Shown here in pieces: positions 7,421 to 14,772 of a stretch of DNA of 33,467 nt (position 1 is its first letter; each line of letters begins with the position of its first letter). The position numbers were made by a program, and so were the translations under genes. Below the pieces are notes generated by a model that did not search any database, had not been told where the DNA came from, and worked only from the letters and a program-made list of their open reading frames with translations. Origin of the DNA: a virus. The DNA is taken from the UHGV virus genome UHGV-0323396, one strand, 5' to 3'.

Positions 7421-9448
7421 CTAACAGTAAATAGTAGTATTAGATTTTGTTTTAGCAGAGATGTTGAATTGTTCCCTTGTGGCTTTCTTCACTCTGTCTT
7501 TTTTTATGTTTAATTGAGATATGATAGATGGTATTGTATCATCTATTAACTTTTGTACTTTATCTTTTTTCATTTTTCTCTTTGGGTCAAACTGCTTTCT
7601 CAGTTGGTCCTCTGTAAAATAACCTTGAGCAGCTATTAAATCAGATGCAGCTGAAATAAGTTTATCCATTTCCTTTTGATTTTTATTGAAACATATCTTT
7701 TGCTCGACTTTACCTTGGACATTAACATTGAATGTAAACTCTTCTCCATATGTATTTAATCTTCTAGTTATGTTCATGTTTCTTTTTTTAGCTCCAGATT
7801 GTTTTCTAATCTTAATATTTTCTTCTGCCTTTTTTATCATCGTTGGAGTTATTGCACAAAGCTCATAATATTCTATTCTATTTAACTCTTTTTTATTTTC
7901 TCTTATTTGTTGTTGTTTTTGAATTTCTTTTGTTTTTTTTAAAAAGTCAGCGTCTATTTCATCATCTTTTAAAGGTCTTATAAAACCTAAATCTTTTAAT
8001 TGGTCAAACTTTAGTCTTGCAGCTGTTGCACCTCTCATTTGAAGTCTTTGCATTTCATTTCTTAGTTGCGATTGACTCATAAAGAAACTTGGTCTATTAG
8101 TATTAACTGATAATGGAGTTGTAGTAACTTTAGCAGATGCAAAGTCTTGTATTACACTTAATGCTCCCCATAAGTATCTCATTTCTTTTCCTAATACTGA
8201 ATCTTTCTTTATTAGTTTATCCATATTTGCTTTTGTGTCAGCTATTAATAATCTCATTTCTCTTTGATATGTAGAGCCAAGAGTTATTCCTAAAGCATCT
8301 GCTAACATGTATTGAACTTCTATTTTATCCATATCTAATAAATGATGTAATGTATCTATTGTTGATTTAGGGCTATTGAAGTTATCACAACAACATCTAT
8401 AATTAATTTGTCCTTGATATTCTTCTAGCGTTGCAGATGGTTTCTTATCTAAATGCTCTGAATGTAAACATCTAAATCTTGTGTTTAAATCTTTTCCTAA
8501 TATAGCTGTTAAAGGTACATTTTTATTAAACCATTCAAAAGAGCCATTATAATCAACTACTGTTCCTTCTAGTTCCAGTTTTAACTCTTGAAGGTTTTCT
8601 TGTATTTGCTCAACAGTTATAGTCTTATTATCTGTTCCAGATTTTTCTTCTCTTACTATAGCAGCTCTATCTATCTTTTGTGGAGCTGTAACATCTTCAT
8701 ATCTTATAGATGTATTGTTTAATAGCTTGTCTACTGAGAATGTTCTATTATGTATTTCTAGTATGTTTTTACCAGCAAAGAATATTCTAGAAACATCAGC
8801 ACACTTACTGTCAGCACATCCTATAACATCCATAAGAGCTACAGTTATTTGTCTTGCCTCTTGAGCATCTGTTATAACTCTATCTGCTATAAACGCTATT
8901 CTATACTTAGGCATTGCTATTGTATGAGAAAATGAAGTATATATCATACTGTATGGATATTCTCTTAATCTTCTTTTAATTTCATTTAATGAGCATCCAG
9001 CATCATCTATATCAAGCATAAATAATTGTTGCTCTTTGAAATTTGCATCTATTAGTTTTCCATCTATAACAGCTGGTACTATTGTTTTACCTTGTCTTAT
9101 AGCTTGAGCTAATTCATCCATATTAACAGATACTATGTCAGATTTAAACTTATCAGATGCATTATTCTTTATAGCTCCTATGAATCTTTGAGCTTGTTGC
9201 TTATTCTCAGCACTGAATCTGTTTATCATAGTATTTACTTTCACTTGTTCAACCTCCTCTCTAGACATTATATCATTATTTTCATCAATTTCATGCATTA
9301 TTTCTTCTATTTCATTTTTAAATGCTTCTAATGCAGCTTCTGTTCTTCTTGCTGCTCTTTCTTTCATAGCCTTAAATTCTTCTTCTCCAAATATTAAGGC
9401 TGTTACTTCCTCTAAATTATCCATTGTTATATTTATTGTATTTGTCAT
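7421..9448 (-). CDS. DNA primase / prim-pol (AEP-like catalytic motifs plus CHC2-like zinc-binding motif)
   Basis: 675 aa. LFMLDIDDAG (DxD), IYTSFSHT (SxH) and DVSRIFFAGKN (D..SR...G.N) resemble AEP motifs I-III. CLHSEHLDKKPSA resembles the primase CHC2 zinc finger. Confidence 0.55.
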   Translation of the reverse strand: MTNTINITMDNLEEVTALIFGEEEFKAMKERAARRTEAALEAFKNEIEEIMHEIDENNDIMSREEVEQVKVNTMINRFSAENKQQAQRFIGAIKNNASDKFKSDIVSVNMDELAQAIRQGKTIVPAVIDGKLIDANFKEQQLFMLDIDDAGCSLNEIKRRLREYPYSMIYTSFSHTIAMPKYRIAFIADRVITDAQEARQITVALMDVIGCADSKCADVSRIFFAGKNILEIHNRTFSVDKLLNNTSIRYEDVTAPQKIDRAAIVREEKSGTDNKTITVEQIQENLQELKLELEGTVVDYNGSFEWFNKNVPLTAILGKDLNTRFRCLHSEHLDKKPSATLEEYQGQINYRCCCDNFNSPKSTIDTLHHLLDMDKIEVQYMLADALGITLGSTYQREMRLLIADTKANMDKLIKKDSVLGKEMRYLWGALSVIQDFASAKVTTTPLSVNTNRPSFFMSQSQLRNEMQRLQMRGATAARLKFDQLKDLGFIRPLKDDEIDADFLKKTKEIQKQQQIRENKKELNRIEYYELCAITPTMIKKAEENIKIRKQSGAKKRNMNITRRLNTYGEEFTFNVNVQGKVEQKICFNKNQKEMDKLISAASDLIAAQGYFTEDQLRKQFDPKRKMKKDKVQKLIDDTIPSIISQLNIKKDRVKKATREQFNISAKTKSNTTIYC

Positions 9449-9506
9449 ATTAATTTACCATCCTTTGTGATTATTTTAGTTTGATTTATTTCCCTTTGTT
9501 CATGTA

Positions 9507-9518
9507 TTACTATATGAG
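9507..9518 (-). promoter_or_regulatory. Motif copy CTCATATAGTAAT (minus strand), upstream of the primase gene
   Basis: Plus strand reads ttactatatgag. Confidence 0.35.
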
Positions 9519-9550
9519 TGTTTCTTTTTACATTTTATTTTTGAAAATTT

Positions 9551-9706
9551 TTAAAAAGAATTTTCTTCAACTTCTATTATTTTTGCATCCAGAGCCTCTG
9601 CCTTGTTATATAAAAGTTCCATTATTTCTTGTAAGTCATCAACATCTGCTGCTGCGTCTGTAACCATATCTATCATTGTTTCTAAAGCTTGTATTTTATT
9701 AACCAT
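9551..9706 (-). CDS. Small acidic hypothetical protein (51 aa)
   Basis: MVNKIQALETMIDMVTDAAADVDDLQEIMELLYNKAEALDAKIIEVEENSF, with RBS AAGGATGG. Confidence 0.4.
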   Translation of the reverse strand: MVNKIQALETMIDMVTDAAADVDDLQEIMELLYNKAEALDAKIIEVEENSF

Positions 9707-9724
9707 ATTATCTACCATCCTTTT

Positions 9725-9910
9725 TTAGTTCTTTTTTAACTTATTGTATTTTTCTTCTACTAATTGAGCCATTAAATCTCTAAGTGTTAAACCAGTTTGA
9801 GCTATTAAGTGATTCAGCATTGCATTCTCTTCATCTGTTAATCTAAAGCTCCTTTTAACCATTTCTTGTGATTTTCCATTTCTATCAGTTAAATCTTTTC
9901 TTGCTGCCAT
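9725..9910 (-). CDS. Ribbon-helix-helix (CopG/MobC-like) DNA-binding protein
   Basis: 61 aa. KRSFRLTDEENAMLNHLIAQTGLTLRDLMAQLVEE matches the RHH beta-strand plus two-helix pattern. Confidence 0.5.
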   Translation of the reverse strand: MAARKDLTDRNGKSQEMVKRSFRLTDEENAMLNHLIAQTGLTLRDLMAQLVEEKYNKLKKN

Positions 9911-9913
9911 ACT

Positions 9914-10411
9914 CTATACCACCTCTTCAAGTAATTTTTTTAATCTTTCTTTTTGTATCTCTGCAAAGCTCTTTGGCTGCTCTACAGTTTCTTCTTTATT
10001 TTCATCCAGATATTCTTTCACTAATTGTTGGAATATCTCCTCAAGCTCTGATTGTGGCTTTAAGAATCCCATTTCTTCCATAACTTGTACCATTTCTTTA
10101 TAATCATGAAGAGCGTCTGCCATTGGGCCTTCCTCTGGCTCTATTCCATCTGAGATTAAATCTCCAGCAACTTCATATGCCATTGAATAATCTTCTATAT
10201 AATCTACTCTCTCTTGCTCTGTTTCAGCTATTAATTCTTTTAGGTTATTCATTTGAGTTCTTGCTGCCTCCCATGCTTGAGCTAATCCATCTTTAATTCC
10301 TGTTCTCTTTAGTCTCCAGCCTTCTTTTAATATTGCAGCTCTGTTGTAGCTTATAACCTCTGTGTTTGTTATATTTATAAGTCCTTGTGTTGTTATTTTT
10401 AAAAGTTTCAT
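9914..10411 (-). CDS. Acidic first-early protein. Hypothetical, possible DNA-mimic or anti-restriction type.
   Basis: 165 aa with a very acidic C-terminal 100 aa. First gene downstream of the early promoter/operator region. Strong RBS GGAGGAAATACAC before the ATG. Confidence 0.5.
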   Translation of the reverse strand: MKLLKITTQGLINITNTEVISYNRAAILKEGWRLKRTGIKDGLAQAWEAARTQMNNLKELIAETEQERVDYIEDYSMAYEVAGDLISDGIEPEEGPMADALHDYKEMVQVMEEMGFLKPQSELEEIFQQLVKEYLDENKEETVEQPKSFAEIQKERLKKLLEEVV

Positions 10412-10583
10412 GTGTATTTCCTCCTATTTTTTTATTTTTTTATCTCTACTTATCATCTTTGGGTCCTCTGTTCCTTAAAGGGAAAGGAGCTTTCCAGCTC
10501 CAGCAGGGTATAAAATCAAAATTAATCATATAATGATAAATAGAGACAAATATTAAGTTTTCCAGAGCTATTCGCTCTTAACT

Positions 10584-10627
10584 TTACTATATGAACAGTG
10601 CATACCTCTATGCAGTTTTGTTCATAT
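10584..10627 (-). promoter_or_regulatory. Motif copy TTCATATAGTAAA embedded in a nested inverted repeat (ATATGAACA ... TGTTCATAT around TGCATA-gagg-TATGCA). Operator-like element in the early leader.
   Basis: Plus 10589-10597 atatgaaca pairs with 10619-10627 tgttcatat. Inner palindrome tgcatacctctatgca at 10599-10614. An extended -10 (TGTATAAT, minus strand) sits at about 10652-10659. Confidence 0.4.
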
Positions 10628-10651
10628 TTTTTAAAACTTTTTTTATTTCAT

Positions 10652-10659
10652 ATTATACA
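10652..10659 (-). promoter_or_regulatory. Candidate extended -10 (TGTATAAT) early promoter, reading toward 9914..10411
   Basis: Minus strand reads TTTGTATAATATG. No good -35. Confidence 0.3.
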
Positions 10660-10860
10660 AATGAGCCATACTCACGTTTTTGGTACATTTTTGATATAAT
10701 TGCTTACATCTACATATTACTATTATTTTTACTCTATTAACATGTAAATTAAAAATTTTTTTATTTTTTATATTAGGAAATCTGGCCAGTTTATTTCTTA
10801 TCCTATTCTTATTAAAGTATGTATATAAAAATTATCTATCTTAATTGAAATTATCTTAGA

Positions 10861-11290
10861 ATGGTTACTATTTGCTCTGTGTACTAGATTCACCAGCAAC
10901 TTTTATTCTATAGCGTCTTAAAAGTCTTATTAGCTTTCTTCCTACGATTCCTTGAATCATCCTCTTAATGTGCCTCCTACGTCTCCCTCAGCCATCACTC
11001 TTTCTTAGGAGCTGGCCTTCAATTTCATTCATTCGCTACACATTATTTATTGAGTTCTTAGTGCTGTTGCTCTTAACTATTTTTATAAGTTCTAGTTATC
11101 CTTGTATTCTTGCTTATTCAGTGTATCCATATTAGGTTTGATTTTTGGAACTGTTTGAGCTACTCTTACTCTCTCTACGGTTAGCTTGTTATCTGCTGTG
11201 ATTTCCCATCTCTGGACTTCTCTTGCTGTTTCCTGCAACTTTCATTTGTTCTCTGACTTGTCCCTTGACATAATATTACCACCTTTTGGA
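10861..11290 (-). other. ORF-free, compositionally distinct segment: decayed coding remnants with in-frame TGA, and/or a structured ncRNA
   Basis: No ORF of 60 aa or more exists in any frame across 10412-11454. The plus strand is about 70% pyrimidine and GC-richer than its surroundings. Minus-strand frames give protein-like stretches broken by TGA, for example MSRDKSENK*KLQETAREVQRWEITADNKLTVERVRVAQTVPKIKPNMDTLNKQEYKDN. Confidence 0.3.
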
Positions 11291-11402
11291 TACATTTACA
11301 ATATATTTCTTTAAAAAATTTAAAATATTTTTTAAGTAACTAGATATTTTTGCTTGCGTAGGTTATAATATAGTTAATAAATTCTAGATTTTTAAAAAAA
11401 AG

Positions 11403-11414
11403 AAATTGCAATCT
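11403..11414. promoter_or_regulatory. Imperfect copy of the palindrome AAATTGCAATTT (operator-like)
   Basis: Reads aaattgcaatct. The perfect 12-bp copy is at 11671-11682. The two copies flank the small peptide gene. Confidence 0.3.
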
Positions 11415-11454
11415 ATGTGGTGTAGAGTGTGGTTTCTATGCATACAATATAATA

Positions 11455-11610
11455 TTAGTCAAATTTAACTTTTATGTTGAATTCAACTTGAAAACCACCC
11501 TTATGCCAGTAAGAGTGGTTTTTTACTATATCATAAACAAAGTTTACAGCTAAACCAATAATAAATGGAATAACTATAATATTTATGATAAGTTTTTTCT
11601 TTTGTTCCAT
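11455..11610 (-). CDS. Small hydrophobic peptide (51 aa, one TM helix plus a charged tail). Candidate type I toxin.
   Basis: MEQKKKLIINIIVIPFIIGLAVNFVYDIVKNHSYWHKGGFQVEFNIKVKFD. Strong RBS GGAAGGAGGTG 8 nt upstream. Below the ORF-track cut-off. Confidence 0.45.
   Translation of the reverse strand: MEQKKKLIINIIVIPFIIGLAVNFVYDIVKNHSYWHKGGFQVEFNIKVKFD
11476..11524. terminator. Candidate bidirectional terminator: 12-bp palindrome GTTGAATTCAAC followed by the hairpin AAAACCAC-cc-TTATGCCAGTAAG-a-GTGGTTTTTT
   Basis: Stem AAAACCAC/GTGGTTTT with a nested CTTA/TAAG stem. The T-run on the plus strand follows. The element lies inside the 3' part of the peptide ORF. Confidence 0.35.
11522..11534 (-). 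promoter_or_regulatory. Motif copy (variant GATATAGTAAAA on the minus strand) inside the small peptide ORF
   Basis: Plus strand reads tttactatatcat. Confidence 0.25.
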
Positions 11611-11670
11611 ATAGATTACACCTCCTTCCTACTTACTGTAGGAACTTGGATTATATGAAACCCCACTCTT

Positions 11671-11682
11671 AAATTGCAATTT
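11671..11682. promoter_or_regulatory. Perfect 12-bp palindrome AAATTGCAATTT (operator-like), between 11721..12314 and the small peptide gene
   Basis: Reads aaattgcaattt. A near-copy sits at 11403-11414. Confidence 0.35.
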
Positions 11683-11720
11683 CTAAATATTATTATACTA
11701 TAAATCATAAAAAATGTAAT

Positions 11721-12314
11721 CTATTTATATTTATCTATAAAATCTTGTAGAGCCAATGAAACTAAATCTTGTTGTTTATATTCTGGATATTTCTCTTTAC
11801 ATAGCTTTGTAAAATCATCATATATTCTGTAACTTACTCTTACTGTCTTTCTATCTACAAAATCACTTGGTTTAACTGGTATATTTAAAGATGTATCTAT
11901 TATTTCTATATAACTTTCTTGTGGCTCTTCTTTCACGTTGTTAGCTGTTAAAGCTTGAGTTAAATTTCCTTTATCATATAAATCTATTATTTCTTGTATC
12001 TTATCAGCTTGTTTAGATAAAGTTAAAACATTTACTATTGTCTCTTCATCTATCTGTATATTAGGCAGTATACTATTCTGTTGTTGCATTATAGGAGCTG
12101 CTGCAATATATTCTGCTTGTTGTTTAGGTATATAAGTATTATCTCTCTTGCTATAACCTCTGGCATTCATAAAGTCATTTATAACTCTCTTAGTTTTTAC
12201 ATCAAAATATTCATTAAGCATGTCTGCTGTATATCCTTGAGCTAATAGTTCTAAAACTAATTTCTCTCTTTGCTTTGGAGCTAGTCCGTACCATTCATGT
12301 TTTTTATTTTCCAT
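11721..12314 (-). CDS. Two-domain DNA-binding regulator (N-terminal sigma-region-4-like HTH, C-terminal RHH-like). Candidate switch protein.
   Basis: 197 aa. LAPKQREKLVLELLAQGYTADMLNEYFDV is sigma-r4/HTH-like. KTVRVSYRIYDDFTKL...LVSLALQDFIDKY is RHH-like. Transcribed divergently from the only sizeable plus-strand gene. Minus-strand promoter CTGACA-18-TGtTATACT. Confidence 0.45.
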   Translation of the reverse strand: MENKKHEWYGLAPKQREKLVLELLAQGYTADMLNEYFDVKTKRVINDFMNARGYSKRDNTYIPKQQAEYIAAAPIMQQQNSILPNIQIDEETIVNVLTLSKQADKIQEIIDLYDKGNLTQALTANNVKEEPQESYIEIIDTSLNIPVKPSDFVDRKTVRVSYRIYDDFTKLCKEKYPEYKQQDLVSLALQDFIDKYK

Positions 12315-12378
12315 CTAAAAAATCACCTCGAAGTTAGTATAACACAATTAATCAGACAAATGTCAGAATCTACGAATA

Positions 12379-12407
12379 TTGTTCAAAAAAGATGTATATG
12401 ATACAAT
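12379..12407 (+). promoter_or_regulatory. Sigma-A-type promoter for the plus-strand regulator (TTGTTC-17-TACAAT)
   Basis: -35 at 12379-12384, -10 at 12402-12407. RBS AAAGGAG at about 12419-12425. ATG at 12434. Confidence 0.5.
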
Positions 12408-12433
12408 ATATAATTATAAAGGAGCTGTTAAAT

Positions 12434-12988
12434 ATGAATACTAAATTATTAGAATTAGATTTTAGAAAAGATATATTAGAGCCAATAAATAATAAGCAAT
12501 ATAAAACTTCCGAGCTGGCAGATGCTCTTGGTGTATCTGTTAAGGACCTAAAGCAATATATAAAAGATTATGGTTTTAAATGGATTGGATGCCAATATTA
12601 TCAAGATGGAACTCCAGCTGATTATATAGTTGAATACAATAATAAAAAAGATAGTGAAGTAGAGATTGATAATAAAGAGCTATTAAAAAGAGATATGATT
12701 GTTAATTTAGATGCTTATACAATAGATATACCAGAAATAGGCTGTGTAGATATTAAAGTAATATACGATGCTTATGAACGAATTCAACAAAGAATAGGAA
12801 TAGAAAATGCAAGAGAAGTTGGAATTCATTTAGGAAGGCCTAAAGAAGAAGTTCCAGAAGAATTTATTCATTATTATAAATTAGTAAAATCTAAAAGCAT
12901 ATCTGTTGTTGATGCTGTTGCTCAAATGGGTATTGCTAGAACAAGTTATTACAGATATAAAAACAAATATGAAGAGAGCTGCAAATAA
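12434..12988 (+). CDS. HTH regulator whose C-terminal resolvase/invertase-type HTH_7 domain lacks any recombinase catalytic domain
   Basis: The ORF track starts at 12392, but that ATG lies inside the promoter. An RBS-supported start is at 12434 (MNTKLLELD..). The C-terminus GRPKEEVPEEFIHYYKLVKSKSISVVDAVAQMGIARTSYYRYKNKYE is the resolvase C-terminal HTH pattern. No catalytic-serine N-domain is present. Confidence 0.55.
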   Translation: MNTKLLELDFRKDILEPINNKQYKTSELADALGVSVKDLKQYIKDYGFKWIGCQYYQDGTPADYIVEYNNKKDSEVEIDNKELLKRDMIVNLDAYTIDIPEIGCVDIKVIYDAYERIQQRIGIENAREVGIHLGRPKEEVPEEFIHYYKLVKSKSISVVDAVAQMGIARTSYYRYKNKYEESCK

Positions 12989-13017
12989 TTGTGGCTCTTT
13001 TTGTTTTAATAGCTTAA

Positions 13018-13200
13018 ATGCTGCAACATTATAACATTGATACAGAGAATATAGCAGCATCAGATAATCAAATTAGCTTATAGAATGAACATACAAAGCA
13101 GTTAGAGCATCCTTATGATAATTCACTCATAAAGAATATTTATTAATTATGTAAGAGCTTATAGAGCTTTTAATGCTGCAATCAGATAACATTTATACAG
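13018..13200 (+). repeat. Two degenerate direct copies (about 155 bp apart) of a hairpin element: AATGCTGCAA-(30 nt)-GCAGC
   Basis: ttaaatgctgcaacattataacattgatacag...atagcagcatc at about 13018, and tttaatgctgcaatcagataacatttatacag...aaggcagcgt at about 13172. Each has a TGCTGC/GCAGCA stem. Confidence 0.4.
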
Positions 13201-13518
13201 TAATTAAGGCAGCGTATTATATTCTATAGTCATAAAAAAGGGGCAAAAACAGTCAGAAATAATGGCTGTATCCGTTGCTATTACTGGGTTTGAAGGCTGT
13301 TCAAGAAAACTCTCTTAGATATAATAAAGTATAATATATACATTATATTATCTAAGAGCGATTACTCATGCACCATTGAATGCCTTGCAATTACTTGGCT
13401 TGAGATACTTTTTTTTGTAAAAGTTGCCCCTATTTTGTATCTTTTATTGTAAAGAAGGATATAATCCAACTAGTGTTTAATTAATTATATAGCGTAGAAA
13501 ACAAAGGAAGGTGAGCCA

Positions 13519-13671
13519 ATGAGTAACTTTAAACAAAACTGGATTACTATGGGATATACACTTGGAATAATTGCAGCTTTTGTATTCTGGCCATTAACAC
13601 TATTAATACTTGCAACAATGTTCTTTGGTAAATTCTTGAGTATATTACCTTTTTGGTTTAATAGAAATTAA
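13519..13671 (+). CDS. Small membrane peptide (50 aa, about two TM segments). Moron, superinfection-exclusion or toxin-like.
   Basis: MSNFKQNWITMGYTLGIIAAFVFWPLTLLILATMFFGKFLSILPFWFNRN, with RBS AAGGAAGGTGAG. Convergent with the lysis operon. Confidence 0.5.
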   Translation: MSNFKQNWITMGYTLGIIAAFVFWPLTLLILATMFFGKFLSILPFWFNRN

Positions 13672-13675
13672 AATA

Positions 13676-13712
13676 AAGAAAAGGCATACTGTCATAATAA
13701 CAATATGCCTTA
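13676..13712. terminator. Bidirectional rho-independent terminator shared by the endolysin operon and the plus-strand peptide gene
   Basis: AAGGCATActgtcataataacaaTATGCCTT flanked by T-runs on both strands. Confidence 0.6.
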
Positions 13713-13716
13713 TTTT

Positions 13717-14382
13717 TTATCTTGGAATTAAATATGCATCTTTATATCCTTTTGATTTAACTTCTAAAAGGATTCTATCAGCATTAACTTTTGAGTATGC
13801 TCCAACACATACTGCATATAGCTTCTCAGATGAATTTGGAGAGCTGTTAGAAGTATTAGCTGGTAATTTACCCACTAAACCTTTAACTATTGCCTCAGCC
13901 ATTTTAACAGCATTATATTTATCTGAATCAGCTTTACTAGATACAAAGCAACATTCTATTAATACTGCTTTTGATGTAGTATTCTTTAACCAGTATAAAT
14001 CTTGTCTTTGTTTTATACCTCTGTTTCTATAACCAAGAGCAGCTATTTCTTTATTAATAGCATTAGCGTATTTATTCGTATAATCATTATTAGAATTATA
14101 TACTAATGTTTCTACTCCATTTGCAGAAGAATCACTAGAACTATTAAAGTGTATAGACACAGCTAAATCTGCTTTATGTTTATTAGCAGCAGCTACAGCA
14201 TCTTTTAAATAGTTATCTGACTTATCTATAGTGCAATCTATAACAGAATGTCCTAATTGTTTTAATAGCTTTATAACATGATTAGCAACAGCTCTGTTTT
14301 CTTTAGATTCATTTAAGAAGCCAACAGCTCCAGTTCCTTTTCCTTGTAATGTATGTCCAGCATTTATTATAAATGTACTCAT
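13717..14382 (-). CDS. Endolysin: N-acetylmuramoyl-L-alanine amidase (Amidase_3) with a C-terminal SPOR-like domain
   Basis: 221 aa. An Amidase_3 pattern runs through ..SIHFNSS..GVETLVYN... The C-terminus LYAVCVGAYSKVNADRILLEVKSKGYKDAYLIP matches the SPOR consensus. Confidence 0.75.
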   Translation of the reverse strand: MSTFIINAGHTLQGKGTGAVGFLNESKENRAVANHVIKLLKQLGHSVIDCTIDKSDNYLKDAVAAANKHKADLAVSIHFNSSSDSSANGVETLVYNSNNDYTNKYANAINKEIAALGYRNRGIKQRQDLYWLKNTTSKAVLIECCFVSSKADSDKYNAVKMAEAIVKGLVGKLPANTSNSSPNSSEKLYAVCVGAYSKVNADRILLEVKSKGYKDAYLIPR

Positions 14383-14503
14383 TGTATCATCTCCATTATT
14401 ATATTGTTTATTTTTATAAAAATATCACTGTTCCCTTTGGCAGGAACAGCTAAAAGAGTGTTGAAATCAAGCCATTCCTCTTAAAAAGGTGAGAGGAAAA
14501 TAA

Positions 14504-14698
14504 TTATCTTATTTTTTCTTCTATAACATCAAGTCTACTTACTATCTGATTTAATATTGGAACAGTCTTATCTAATTGCTCTTGCATTCTTTGTTCTCTA
14601 GCTTCGTTCTTTTTATTCGTATCTATCAATAGCCATATAAAAAGGGCAGCAAAAGGCCCTTGAGATATTACCATTTCAACAATTGTATTTACATCCAT
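14504..14698 (-). CDS. Holin, BhlA/UviB family
   Basis: 64 aa. QGPFAALFIWLLIDTNKKNEAREQRMQEQLD...IEEKI gives one TM helix plus a coiled-coil tail, as in BhlA/UviB. Confidence 0.6.
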   Translation of the reverse strand: MDVNTIVEMVISQGPFAALFIWLLIDTNKKNEAREQRMQEQLDKTVPILNQIVSRLDVIEEKIR

Positions 14699-14772
14699 TT
14701 GTCATTTCTCCTTAGTTAAGATTTTTTGCATTATAAAAGGGCAGCTATTAAACTGCCCAGTAGGTAAAAGCA

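Noticed and set aside
10861-11290. Stop-codon reassignment (TGA as a sense codon), suggested by in-frame TGA in protein-like frames.
   Set aside because: All confident genes are intact under the standard code and use TAA/TAG stops. A recoded genome would place TGA inside most long genes. Pseudogenisation or ncRNA is more parsimonious.
12392-12433. The ORF-track start (MYMIQYIIIKELLN..) for the plus-strand regulator.
   Set aside because: That ATG lies within the -10 region of the predicted promoter and has no RBS. The ATG at 12434 is preceded by AAAGGAG at optimal spacing.
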